In this document: positions 29,871-37,940 of the stretch, in pieces | Layout: each line of letters starts with the position of its first letter | How positions within the stretch are numbered: position 1 is the stretch's first letter | Assembly (NCBI GenBank): GCA_965208125.1 | Contig: OZ242320.1 | Location: forward strand, 1,184,001 to 1,248,000 | DNA length: 64,000 nucleotides | Reading direction: 5' to 3' | DNA from: Candidatus Latescibacterota bacterium | GTDB lineage: Bacteria > Latescibacterota > UBA2968 | The notes under the pieces: generated by a model | What the model saw: only the letters and a program-made list of their open reading frames with translations | Databases searched by the model: none | What the model was told of the DNA's origin: nothing | Program-made: the position numbers and the translations under genes

Positions 29871-30629
29871 TCACATAACGACTTTTTCCCGCCCGCCAAT
29901 CGATGGCGGCTCCATAATCCGTCGCTGCTGATCTGTCACATTGGGATAATCGTCTGGATTGTAGTAATTCTGCGACCACGCCGAATGCCCCGGACTAAAT
30001 TTATACAGCAATGAACGGCGCTCGTGCTCGCCCTCCCAGGGCATTGTTCCATGCACCAGTGCCTCTGTAAAAATGATCATATCCCCGGCTTCTGCTTCGG
30101 GCTGATGTACATAGTGCGCCGGCTGCTCAAAATTGCGCACATCGTTGGGAATACTGACAAAATTGCTCTTATGCGACCCGGGAACACAGGCAAAGCCCCC
30201 ATCCCCTTTGCGCGCGGGCGCGAGATTATACGTAAACACCGTCAACCCATTGCGCATCACGCCATCATGGTATTTGTACCAATGATCCCCCGGCACACCC
30301 GCCTGCAGTGATGGCCCACCGTGCAACCGCCCGCGTCTTGCGCCCTTCTTCATAAAAATGCTATAATCGTGATCCACGCGAAATGCCGGCCCCAGCAACT
30401 CAATCATATACGGCAACGCATTGGGATGATCGAACAACGCCTGCGTCTCTGGCCCCCACATCGAAACGCGACTCGTGCGACGGTGCCCATCTTTTTCGTC
30501 GGCAGGATCAGCCCATACCTCATCAGCCAACTTATTCAGCGCATCCACCTCATCTGCGCTCAACACATCTTTAACAACCAAAAACCCCTGCAAATCAAAT
30601 CGAAACTTCTCTTCTTTTGTCATACCCAT
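29871..30629 (-). CDS. PhyH-like Fe(II)/2OG oxygenase, H-G-G variant
   Basis: FDLQGFL, LHGGP, GDGGFACVPGSHKSN, FTEALVHGT.PW....RR. Confidence 0.85.
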   Translation of the reverse strand: MGMTKEEKFRFDLQGFLVVKDVLSADEVDALNKLADEVWADPADEKDGHRRTSRVSMWGPETQALFDHPNALPYMIELLGPAFRVDHDYSIFMKKGARRGRLHGGPSLQAGVPGDHWYKYHDGVMRNGLTVFTYNLAPARKGDGGFACVPGSHKSNFVSIPNDVRNFEQPAHYVHQPEAEAGDMIIFTEALVHGTMPWEGEHERRSLLYKFSPGHSAWSQNYYNPDDYPNVTDQQRRIMEPPSIGGREKVVM

Positions 30630-30703
30630 GAAATCGCTCCTTTTGTGATTTTGAGATAATTCAGGACCTGCAACCGTTGTTTCACACGCCGTCAAGCATC
30701 TTC

Positions 30704-31753
30704 TTAGTTGCACTCGTCCAAAAAATCCATGATTGCCGGTGTGGCGACCTCAATGAAATGCCTGAGTGTATCCGCCAGAGCGTTGGCGAACTCATCGTTC
30801 AGTGTATTACTACCGAAATTAACCTCGACTCGTCCCCAACTGTTACGCTGTTTTAGCCTTTGACCTTCGTGGACATCCAAATTATTCACAAAACTTTTCA
30901 ATGACTTGCTTTTACCATCAGAAAGGCCACCGATTTGCCCGTATTTGTTCTCGCCGTATCTGATTGCGACGAGTGCATTGCTACAGGATGCCGTCTTAGA
31001 TGGATCGTCGAACGTCATTTCGACTTCGTAGCATAGGGATCCCCAGTTTCCCCAGGGCTGCTCCCGATACCATAAGTGATAGCAGCGATCATTTTTATTC
31101 TCTCTGCCTTTAACGGCCTTTCTGCTATTCTTTGTTGGTTTGATTTCGTCAGGCAAACCATCTATTGCCAGATCCCTAACTCTTTTGACAAAGGACGTAA
31201 CGTCGTTCTTAATGTTCTGATCGGATTCAAGCGCGTCAGAAACACCATCTTCACTTTGCGTAGAGCGTTTAGGCTGTGCTTCGGCTTTCCCTCTGCCTAA
31301 AAACCAGTCTCTGATATCTTCTACTGCACGCTTCGCTTCGGGTGCGTTGATGCGTCCCAGCAGGTCGGCAATGTCATACAGACGAGCCTGGACGTAATCT
31401 GCATCTAGGTCCTGCCGTCCTGGATGTGCAACTTCATTACGCACATCTACGATTACCCACAACAGATTTCCGACCGTTTTATCACCCTTAAACACCTGAC
31501 TAAAGACAGGTTGCCACTTCCTGATGACCAGGTTTGGAAAGTCGTTAATGTCAATCGCATCCTCAACGTTGCCGCTCCGATCCAAGTTTTGCAGGAATAG
31601 CTCGCGTTTCTCATATAGCGATTCGCTTATCGCATCTTCGACTCGCATGCCCTGAACCCGCTTCAAGCATCGGACGATGAACGGGCGCATCGCGTCGCGG
31701 TAAATATCCAGCGCGTTAGAAAGCGCGTCCCGATTTGGACGATCCTTCATCAT
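30704..31753 (-). CDS. Swt1-like HEPN domain protein with an unknown C-terminal domain
   Basis: AL......MRPFI N-terminus, W..VF, RNEVAH (R-x4-H). Confidence 0.65.
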   Translation of the reverse strand: MMKDRPNRDALSNALDIYRDAMRPFIVRCLKRVQGMRVEDAISESLYEKRELFLQNLDRSGNVEDAIDINDFPNLVIRKWQPVFSQVFKGDKTVGNLLWVIVDVRNEVAHPGRQDLDADYVQARLYDIADLLGRINAPEAKRAVEDIRDWFLGRGKAEAQPKRSTQSEDGVSDALESDQNIKNDVTSFVKRVRDLAIDGLPDEIKPTKNSRKAVKGRENKNDRCYHLWYREQPWGNWGSLCYEVEMTFDDPSKTASCSNALVAIRYGENKYGQIGGLSDGKSKSLKSFVNNLDVHEGQRLKQRNSWGRVEVNFGSNTLNDEFANALADTLRHFIEVATPAIMDFLDECN

Positions 31754-31833
31754 TGCAATATACCTTTAAGTGAAACTCTGTTTTGAATGCGCCTACAAGT
31801 GAGGCAACTCCAGCTTGTATTCACAATTCTTTT

Positions 31834-32021
31834 TATACGTCATGTGTAACTTCAAGATCAGAGGTCAAATGAGCACTGTCATTCTGAGCGGAGCGCAGCG
31901 AAGTCGAAGAATCTGCTGCCTCAACAGTGTGCATGGGCAACAGATGCTTCGTCAGCCTACGGCTTCCTCAGCATGACAGGGTGTATAGCGCATTTATTTT
32001 TAAAGTCACACATCGCGTATA
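31834..32021. mobile_element. MITE-like non-autonomous element enclosing a palindromic REP/RPE-like core
   Basis: 22-bp imperfect terminal inverted repeats (TATACGTCATGTGTAACTTCAA / TTAAAGTCACACATCGCGTATA) and a nested TGTCATTCTGAG...CTCAGCATGACA palindrome at 31877-31978; no coding capacity. Confidence 0.65.
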
Positions 32022-32026
32022 ATTTT

Positions 32027-32410
32027 CTAACAAATATACTCTCTCAACCATTCGACAAGTTGCTCGCGGGAAACTTCTCCTGATGCGACGCCCAAAATAA
32101 TTTGCTCTTGAATATCTTCTTCAATAGTATCAATTCTATATCCATTGGAACGCAAGAATACTTGCATTGCGGCATGCCCCACCCGTTTATTCCCATCGAC
32201 AAAGGGATGATTCTGAATCAAAGAAAAGCACAAGGCTGCCGCCTTTTCTATAACAGTAGGATAGGGATCCAGTCCCTCAAACGCCATATGGGGTTGTGCA
32301 ATGGCCGATTCCAGTCCACCAAGATCGCGCATCCCCGCAGATCCGCCACTTGTTTGAATAATATGATTGTGAAGTGCTAATATTTGATCTAAATTGATAT
32401 AATTCATCAA
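32027..32410 (-). CDS. doc: Fic/Doc family (death-on-curing) protein
   Basis: HPFVDGNKRVG Fic/Doc motif, G.RD.GGLESA. Confidence 0.88.
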   Translation of the reverse strand: MMNYINLDQILALHNHIIQTSGGSAGMRDLGGLESAIAQPHMAFEGLDPYPTVIEKAAALCFSLIQNHPFVDGNKRVGHAAMQVFLRSNGYRIDTIEEDIQEQIILGVASGEVSREQLVEWLREYIC

Positions 32411-33534
32411 CTTAGCCTTTTGTATAGTTCTCTATTTTTCTTGAGTACTTGTTCACAGATATCCTTAAATCTCTGTTTCTCAAAAGATTTAATAGGCTCA
32501 TCAAAACTCTGTCCTCGAAATACACCGTTTTGAAAAAAATTGATCGTGTCATCTTTTATTTGACAATACGATCCACGGCCACCTCTTCTAAATCCCAAAT
32601 GATGGCCTATAACAATGCGTATGATCTCGGGAACTACGGCAGCAACTATGTTGAAGGTGTACTTTTTGGACTTCTCACCATCAAGTCCTTTTAGCTCTGG
32701 TATTCGACCCGTGTGTGTCAGGAAATTACGCACCCGGTCAACATATTGAACGCGAGTCTTTTGATCAGGGGTTGGCGACGGATCTATAATTTCCAGTGAT
32801 TGCAGAAGCGAAAATAATTTATCTAACAAAGATGGGCCACGATCAATCTGACCATGTAGCAAATTTCTATACCGTTCCACCTGATCTGGTTGAAGTTCTG
32901 TTGTTTTTTCGAGAATATTACTGATCTCATTTTTAAGTTTCTTACGAATAGGCTTGCTGACTCTTTCATAGGTCATCTCATGCTGGTCGAGAACAATGTT
33001 GAGTGCCGTGCAGTAAGAAGCCGCACGTAATTGCAGGATGTTGGTATTCATTGCCTGATTGTACAATAGCAAAGCAAAGTGCAAATTTTTCGATACTAAG
33101 GATTCCCTATTTTGCCAGGCAAGTGCTGCCGCGCGCAAAGTCTCAATTTGAGCCACAGCATAGTCACCATATCCATCTGGGCGAACCCTCTCACAGTATT
33201 CTGCTGTTGCTACATTTCTACCCGTCAGAAACGTGAGCAAATTGCATAAATCCCACAGTCCTCCATCGTCGGCTACCTTGTCGAGAAGAATACTTTTTTC
33301 TCCTGCCCCTTTCCAGGACACAGTTGCTGTGGCTTGCCAGGTACCTTCGCGCGATGGTAAGAGTTGTTCCCCTGTTTCATTTAGGGTCCACATTGGAGGT
33401 TGAGGCAGTTGAGAAACTCTGGCATTGTAATCATCTGTGAGACGCACCTTAAGACAGCCAATACTACTCTCTGACCATGAGGGGCCGGGACGTGAATCGC
33501 CCATATAGAGATTGAAGATGTCAACTGTTTTCAT
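32407..33534 (-). CDS. Hypothetical protein with a C-terminal HEPN-like R-x4-H motif (ApeA-like layout)
   Basis: LLTFLTG.....; helical C-half with VRNFLTH.G; AT-rich; the stop overlaps the doc start (ATGA). Confidence 0.55.
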   Translation of the reverse strand: MKTVDIFNLYMGDSRPGPSWSESSIGCLKVRLTDDYNARVSQLPQPPMWTLNETGEQLLPSREGTWQATATVSWKGAGEKSILLDKVADDGGLWDLCNLLTFLTGRNVATAEYCERVRPDGYGDYAVAQIETLRAAALAWQNRESLVSKNLHFALLLYNQAMNTNILQLRAASYCTALNIVLDQHEMTYERVSKPIRKKLKNEISNILEKTTELQPDQVERYRNLLHGQIDRGPSLLDKLFSLLQSLEIIDPSPTPDQKTRVQYVDRVRNFLTHTGRIPELKGLDGEKSKKYTFNIVAAVVPEIIRIVIGHHLGFRRGGRGSYCQIKDDTINFFQNGVFRGQSFDEPIKSFEKQRFKDICEQVLKKNRELYKRLS

Positions 33535-33667
33535 TTGTTTTTTCTCCTATTAGATCGTGTCGAATACTTACTTACGCTTCTGCGTCAAGGGCACAACCGC
33601 CAACTTATCGGCATTCTGTGAACAGCTCCTGCGTCGGGATGCTACATATTACCTGTTAGCGATTGCG

Positions 33668-34216
33668 CTAACGAAACTTAGGTCCTTTCGCATAGGCGAA
33701 GGCTTCTTTTTGACTCATGCCCAATGTTATCGCGGTAGCATACGTGTTGGCTTCTTTTTCACTCATGCCCAGTGTGATCGCGGTATCATAGGCTTGGGCA
33801 AAGGTTCGGGCTGCTTCTTCGGTCTCACCTCTACTTATCCCTAAGGCATACTTGTGGGCTGCGGCTTCACTCATGCCCAGTGTGATCGCGGTATCATAGG
33901 CTTGGGCCGAGGTTCGGGCTGCTTCTTCGGTCTCCACACCTCCACTTATCCTTGAGGCATACAGGCTGGCTGCAGCTTCACTCATGCCCAGTGTGATCGC
34001 GGTATTATAGTATTGGGCAAAGGTTCGGGCTGCTTCTTCGGTCGAAAAAAATTGCCAGCGGGCTACATCTTCACTCACGCCCTGTGCTATTGCTACGGCA
34101 TAGGCTCTGGCGTGTTCATAGCTCCAGCCCGCTTCCCTCGCGGAGCGATAATTAACGGAACGAGTGATTTCGTCAACGATTATTCCTTTTTCTAGCAAAA
34201 AGTCTTTGACAGACAT
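33668..34216 (-). CDS. Helical tandem-repeat protein of unknown function
   Basis: Repeats of EEAARTFAQAYDTAITLGMSE, also visible as DNA repeats; AAGGAG RBS. Confidence 0.75.
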   Translation of the reverse strand: MSVKDFLLEKGIIVDEITRSVNYRSAREAGWSYEHARAYAVAIAQGVSEDVARWQFFSTEEAARTFAQYYNTAITLGMSEAAASLYASRISGGVETEEAARTSAQAYDTAITLGMSEAAAHKYALGISRGETEEAARTFAQAYDTAITLGMSEKEANTYATAITLGMSQKEAFAYAKGPKFR

Positions 34217-34237
34217 AACAATCTCCTTAATGATATG

Positions 34238-34302
34238 GAGTGCCGTGCAGTACGAAGTGACACAAAATTACAGGATGATGGTATTCATTGCTTTATTGTA
34301 TA
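34238..34302 (-). repeat. 65-bp diverged copy of 33001-33065 (internal part of the HEPN-like gene)
   Basis: Gapless alignment, 54/65 identical by manual count; one CAA codon has become TAA in this copy. Confidence 0.85.
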
Positions 34303-34367
34303 AATGATGTTACACAGCTTCAAAAGAGGGTATAATAACAGCTAATGAAGATGTAAATGCCGATCTT

Positions 34368-34452
34368 TCTGGATTGCGGCTTACACCATAGCCTGCCCCT
34401 ATATGCTTTAAGCAGGGGCCGCAATGACGGGCGAGGCCTGCCTCGCCCCTAC
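34368..34452. repeat. Palindromic intergenic elements, including a GTAG-type REP-like hairpin
   Basis: ATTGCGGC...GCCGCAAT palindrome followed by GGGCGAGGC-CT-GCCTCGCCC-CTAC. Confidence 0.6.
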
Positions 34453-34483
34453 AATGGATAACTGACCGCCTGCCTGCTGATTG

Positions 34484-35281
34484 CTACAAATTATCAACCG
34501 CATAAACAGCTTTCTCTATCTGTTCCTCTCCGACGGTTTTGACCTTCGCATCAGAACCGAGCAACAGGGCAATATCGCAAATATTGTTTATATCTCGTGG
34601 AATACCATTGGACGCTTGATAGAGCGCGTCGAGCGCGTCCTCGTCGAACAAGGACCGATCGGCTCCCGCTTTTTCCAGACGTGTTTGCACATAAGATAGG
34701 GTTTCTTCGCGCTTGAGCGGTGCGAGGTGATATTGCCGCGAGACCTGTTGTCCCAATGCCTCAACGCCCGCGACCCGTTCCACGAGGTCTGCCTGTCCAA
34801 CGAGGAGAAGGGTGAGAAAAAAACGCCCGTTGCGTTGAAAGCTGAACAGAGATTGCAACTCTTCAAATGTATTGTCGTCTTCTATTGCATGGGCATCATC
34901 GACAATGACGACCGTATATTTGCCTGCATTGGCACTCTTGACAGCCTGAACCTCAAGTGCGCGTTGCAATTTTCCGTTCGATTGGTCCTCAACGCCCAAT
35001 TGCCCGAGCATATCCCGTAGAAAGTCTTCCGGCGAAAGACCAGGTCCATTCATAAATGCGATCTTATACCTGTCAGATGACAGTTCCTGGACGAGCATGC
35101 GACTCACAGTGGTTTTGCCACAGCCCGTGTCGCCCGTGAGCACGGCAGCCCCCATGCGAGTATTGATCGCGTAAAACATTTGCAACAGTGCTCTCTGGTG
35201 ATCTGCTGAAGAATAAAAAAAACGCGGATCCGGCACACTTTCAAACGGCAATTCTGTCAGATTCCAATATTCCTGGTACAC
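34484..35281 (-). CDS. ExeA/GspA-like AAA ATPase, no C-terminal peptidoglycan-binding domain
   Basis: MY..YW.L...PF...PDPRFFY, Walker A GDTGCGKT, Walker B IVDDAH, LVGQ, GIPRDINNICD.ALL. Confidence 0.85.
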   Translation of the reverse strand: MYQEYWNLTELPFESVPDPRFFYSSADHQRALLQMFYAINTRMGAAVLTGDTGCGKTTVSRMLVQELSSDRYKIAFMNGPGLSPEDFLRDMLGQLGVEDQSNGKLQRALEVQAVKSANAGKYTVVIVDDAHAIEDDNTFEELQSLFSFQRNGRFFLTLLLVGQADLVERVAGVEALGQQVSRQYHLAPLKREETLSYVQTRLEKAGADRSLFDEDALDALYQASNGIPRDINNICDIALLLGSDAKVKTVGEEQIEKAVYAVDNL

Positions 35282-35558
35282 GGTTTTAATCCTTTATTTT
35301 AAGTCCGACTATGGACTTAAAAGCCCAATCGGAGTCGTGGTTTAACGCTGCTTATTGCACCTGTTTTATCGCAATCCAATATAGTTACCTCAAACGGTCT
35401 GTGTCAAGTAATCGGCAAAGCGATTTGAGGACTTTCCGATATTTTATACAACACGGAGACATTGGCACAAAATACTTTGACGGAACGTATCCAAACCCTA
35501 TATTTTGCTGCACTGCGCTGGTGATACATCTGTTTTGACTTTCATTTTGGAGATCTGT

Positions 35559-37055
35559 ATGGCCTGGTGGCAATCCGTTTTGCTGGCCACTTACAGCCTG
35601 GTGTTTGCATTGCTGATGCTCGTAAGCCTGCATCGACACTTGATGGTACACCTCTATTACAAGCACCGTCGCAAACAACACATTCCCCGCGGCACCTTTG
35701 ATGAATTACCCGTTGTGACAGTGCAATTGCCCGTATTCAATGAACGCTATGTGGTCGAACGGCTGATTCGCGCGGTCGCCAAGATGGATTATCCAACCGA
35801 CCGCCTCGAAATTCAGGTTTTAGACGACTCGACTGATGAAACAACCGCCATTGCCAGGCGGTGCGTAGATGAACTCCGGCGTTCGGGATTGGATATCGCG
35901 CTGATACACCGCAACACGCGCACCGGGTATAAAGCCGGTGCGCTCGCAGAGGGATTGCGGGTTGCACGCGGTGAATTAATCGCAATTTTTGACGCCGATT
36001 TTCTACCGCCACCGGATTTCTTGAACAAAACCATCCCGCATTTCGTCGAACCGCAGGTCGGCATGGTTCAGACGCGCTGGGGACATTTGAATCGGGATTA
36101 TTCCATTTTAACACGCGTACAGGCCATTTATCTCGACGGTCATTTTGTCATGGAACACGGTGCGCGTAGCCGCTCGGGTTTGTTCTTCAATTTTAACGGC
36201 ACAGCGGGCGTCTGGCGCCGAGCTTGTATCGAAGAAGCCGGCGGTTGGCAGCACGACACCTTGACCGAAGACCTCGATTTGAGCTATCGCGCGCAATTGG
36301 CGGGCTGGAGATTTGTCTATCTCGCGGATACCGTAACACCGGCGGAAATCCCCGTGGAAGTAAATGCCTGGAAATCACAGCAATTTCGGTGGGCAAAAGG
36401 CTCAGTTCAAACCGCAAAAAAAACACTAAAGACCCTGTTGAAAAGCCATCTTTCCTGGCGCGTGAAGGGCGAAGCCGCTTTTCATCTGGTAACCAATTTC
36501 GCATATTGTTTGATGGCAATGATCGCCATTCTCATTTTTCCCGCAATTGTCCTGCGGGAAGACCTGGGATGGCTCAGAGTGGTAATAATCGATTTTCCTC
36601 TATTTTTAGGCGCGACGGGCGTAATCTCGAGATACTACATCCACTCGCAACGAGAAATTTATTCGGATTGGAAATCGCGCATCCTGTATTTGCCATTCGT
36701 ACTCGCCCTGGGCATGGGGATTTCATTGAACAACGCGCGCGGAGTGATTCAGGCTCTGCGAGGACACGAGACCGCATTTAACCGCACCCCTAAATATCGC
36801 GTTATCGGCAGGAATGGAAATTGGTATCGCAAAAAGTACGCCCTGAAAAAAAATATAACTGCATTTTTGGAAATTGGACTCGGTCTTTATCTGCTGGTCG
36901 CCATGGCGTATTCAATTGCGAAAGGGCTGTATTTCCCCGTGCCATTCCTGATCTTGTTTGCCTCCGGCTTTTTTTTCGTAGGGGGCATGTCTTTGTTCCA
37001 GGGTATCTGGGCGAAAATGCATGCGCAATCAATTGAAGTCGCGGAGGCAAACTAA
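35559..37055 (+). CDS. Processive GT2 glycosyltransferase (cellulose-synthase-like)
   Basis: VTVQLPVFNE, LDDS, GYKAGAL, FDADF, TEDLD, QQFRW and C-terminal TM helices. Confidence 0.9.
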   Translation: MAWWQSVLLATYSLVFALLMLVSLHRHLMVHLYYKHRRKQHIPRGTFDELPVVTVQLPVFNERYVVERLIRAVAKMDYPTDRLEIQVLDDSTDETTAIARRCVDELRRSGLDIALIHRNTRTGYKAGALAEGLRVARGELIAIFDADFLPPPDFLNKTIPHFVEPQVGMVQTRWGHLNRDYSILTRVQAIYLDGHFVMEHGARSRSGLFFNFNGTAGVWRRACIEEAGGWQHDTLTEDLDLSYRAQLAGWRFVYLADTVTPAEIPVEVNAWKSQQFRWAKGSVQTAKKTLKTLLKSHLSWRVKGEAAFHLVTNFAYCLMAMIAILIFPAIVLREDLGWLRVVIIDFPLFLGATGVISRYYIHSQREIYSDWKSRILYLPFVLALGMGISLNNARGVIQALRGHETAFNRTPKYRVIGRNGNWYRKKYALKKNITAFLEIGLGLYLLVAMAYSIAKGLYFPVPFLILFASGFFFVGGMSLFQGIWAKMHAQSIEVAEAN

Positions 37056-37081
37056 AAAACAATTAAAGGTAGAACGGGTAC

Positions 37082-37936
37082 ATGGCAACGCGACTCAACA
37101 ATCCATACCTCTGGGCTTATACCGCAGCCATTCTGCTGCACATTCTATTCCTGCTCGTAGAGAACCCGCTGTCTGCGATCATTGCGCCGCAGCCAGAAAA
37201 AATACCCGTATCACCACCCCTGACATTTGAATTTGTCGATGTGCCCCAAAATCGAGACGAGGTCCCGCCCGAAGAAACCCCGTTGCTCGCAGAGCGCGAT
37301 AACATCTCTCGCGATCAACAAACGGCTCCCTTGCCCGAAAGCCACTTGCCATTTTCCGATGGCATATCGCGGGCAAAGAACACAGCGGCACCAGCGCAGG
37401 GGAAGTCGCGCAGTGAGACACAGAGCGCAGACCGCTCATCGGAAACTGAAACTACTGACAATTCCTTTAGCTTTGTGGAGGTATTGCAGAAAAATCCCGA
37501 TGCAGCGCAAAAAGAGCGAGAACGCGCGGTACTGGGTGGGGAAGTACTGCCCCAATTGCGCATAGATATGGACAATAGCAAAACCCGTGCACTCGAACAC
37601 GGCGGATTGCAACTGAGCACGTATGCCTGGAACTATGCGCCCTATATGAAATATCTCCAGCGACGCATTGACCGCCATATTTATCCACCCCGCGCATTCG
37701 AGTTGGGTATGATCGACGGCAGGACCGTGGTGAAGTTTAGAATCTGGCGCGATGGTCGGCTCGAAGGTCCCGAACTGATCGACTATGAGGGCAGTGATTT
37801 GTTGCGCGATACGAGCCTGAAGGCTGTTGAACTCTCGGCACCATTCAGGGCATTACCACCAGATTTTCCGGAGGAGTACCTCGACATTACGGGTACTTTT
37901 GAATATATAATTTTTGGAAGAGGGCAAAGGCGATAA
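37082..37936 (+). CDS. tonB: TonB/TolA-family energy transducer
   Basis: N-terminal TM helix with a His, Pro-rich linker, C-terminal YP..A...G..G.TVVKFRI..DG...APF..LP. Confidence 0.75.
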   Translation: MATRLNNPYLWAYTAAILLHILFLLVENPLSAIIAPQPEKIPVSPPLTFEFVDVPQNRDEVPPEETPLLAERDNISRDQQTAPLPESHLPFSDGISRAKNTAAPAQGKSRSETQSADRSSETETTDNSFSFVEVLQKNPDAAQKERERAVLGGEVLPQLRIDMDNSKTRALEHGGLQLSTYAWNYAPYMKYLQRRIDRHIYPPRAFELGMIDGRTVVKFRIWRDGRLEGPELIDYEGSDLLRDTSLKAVELSAPFRALPPDFPEEYLDITGTFEYIIFGRGQRR

Positions 37937-37940
37937 TAAT

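Noticed and set aside
30667-30712. TGCAAC/GTTGCA inverted pair after the Swt1-like gene as an attC site
   Set aside because: Too short (about 45 bp) and lacks inner L-box pairing.
33690-34045. CRISPR-like DNA repeats
   Set aside because: In-frame coding repeats of the helical repeat protein.
33001-34302. Template/variable repeat pair of a diversity-generating retroelement
   Set aside because: Mismatches are not confined to adenines on either strand, the repeat is mid-gene, and no reverse transcriptase is present.
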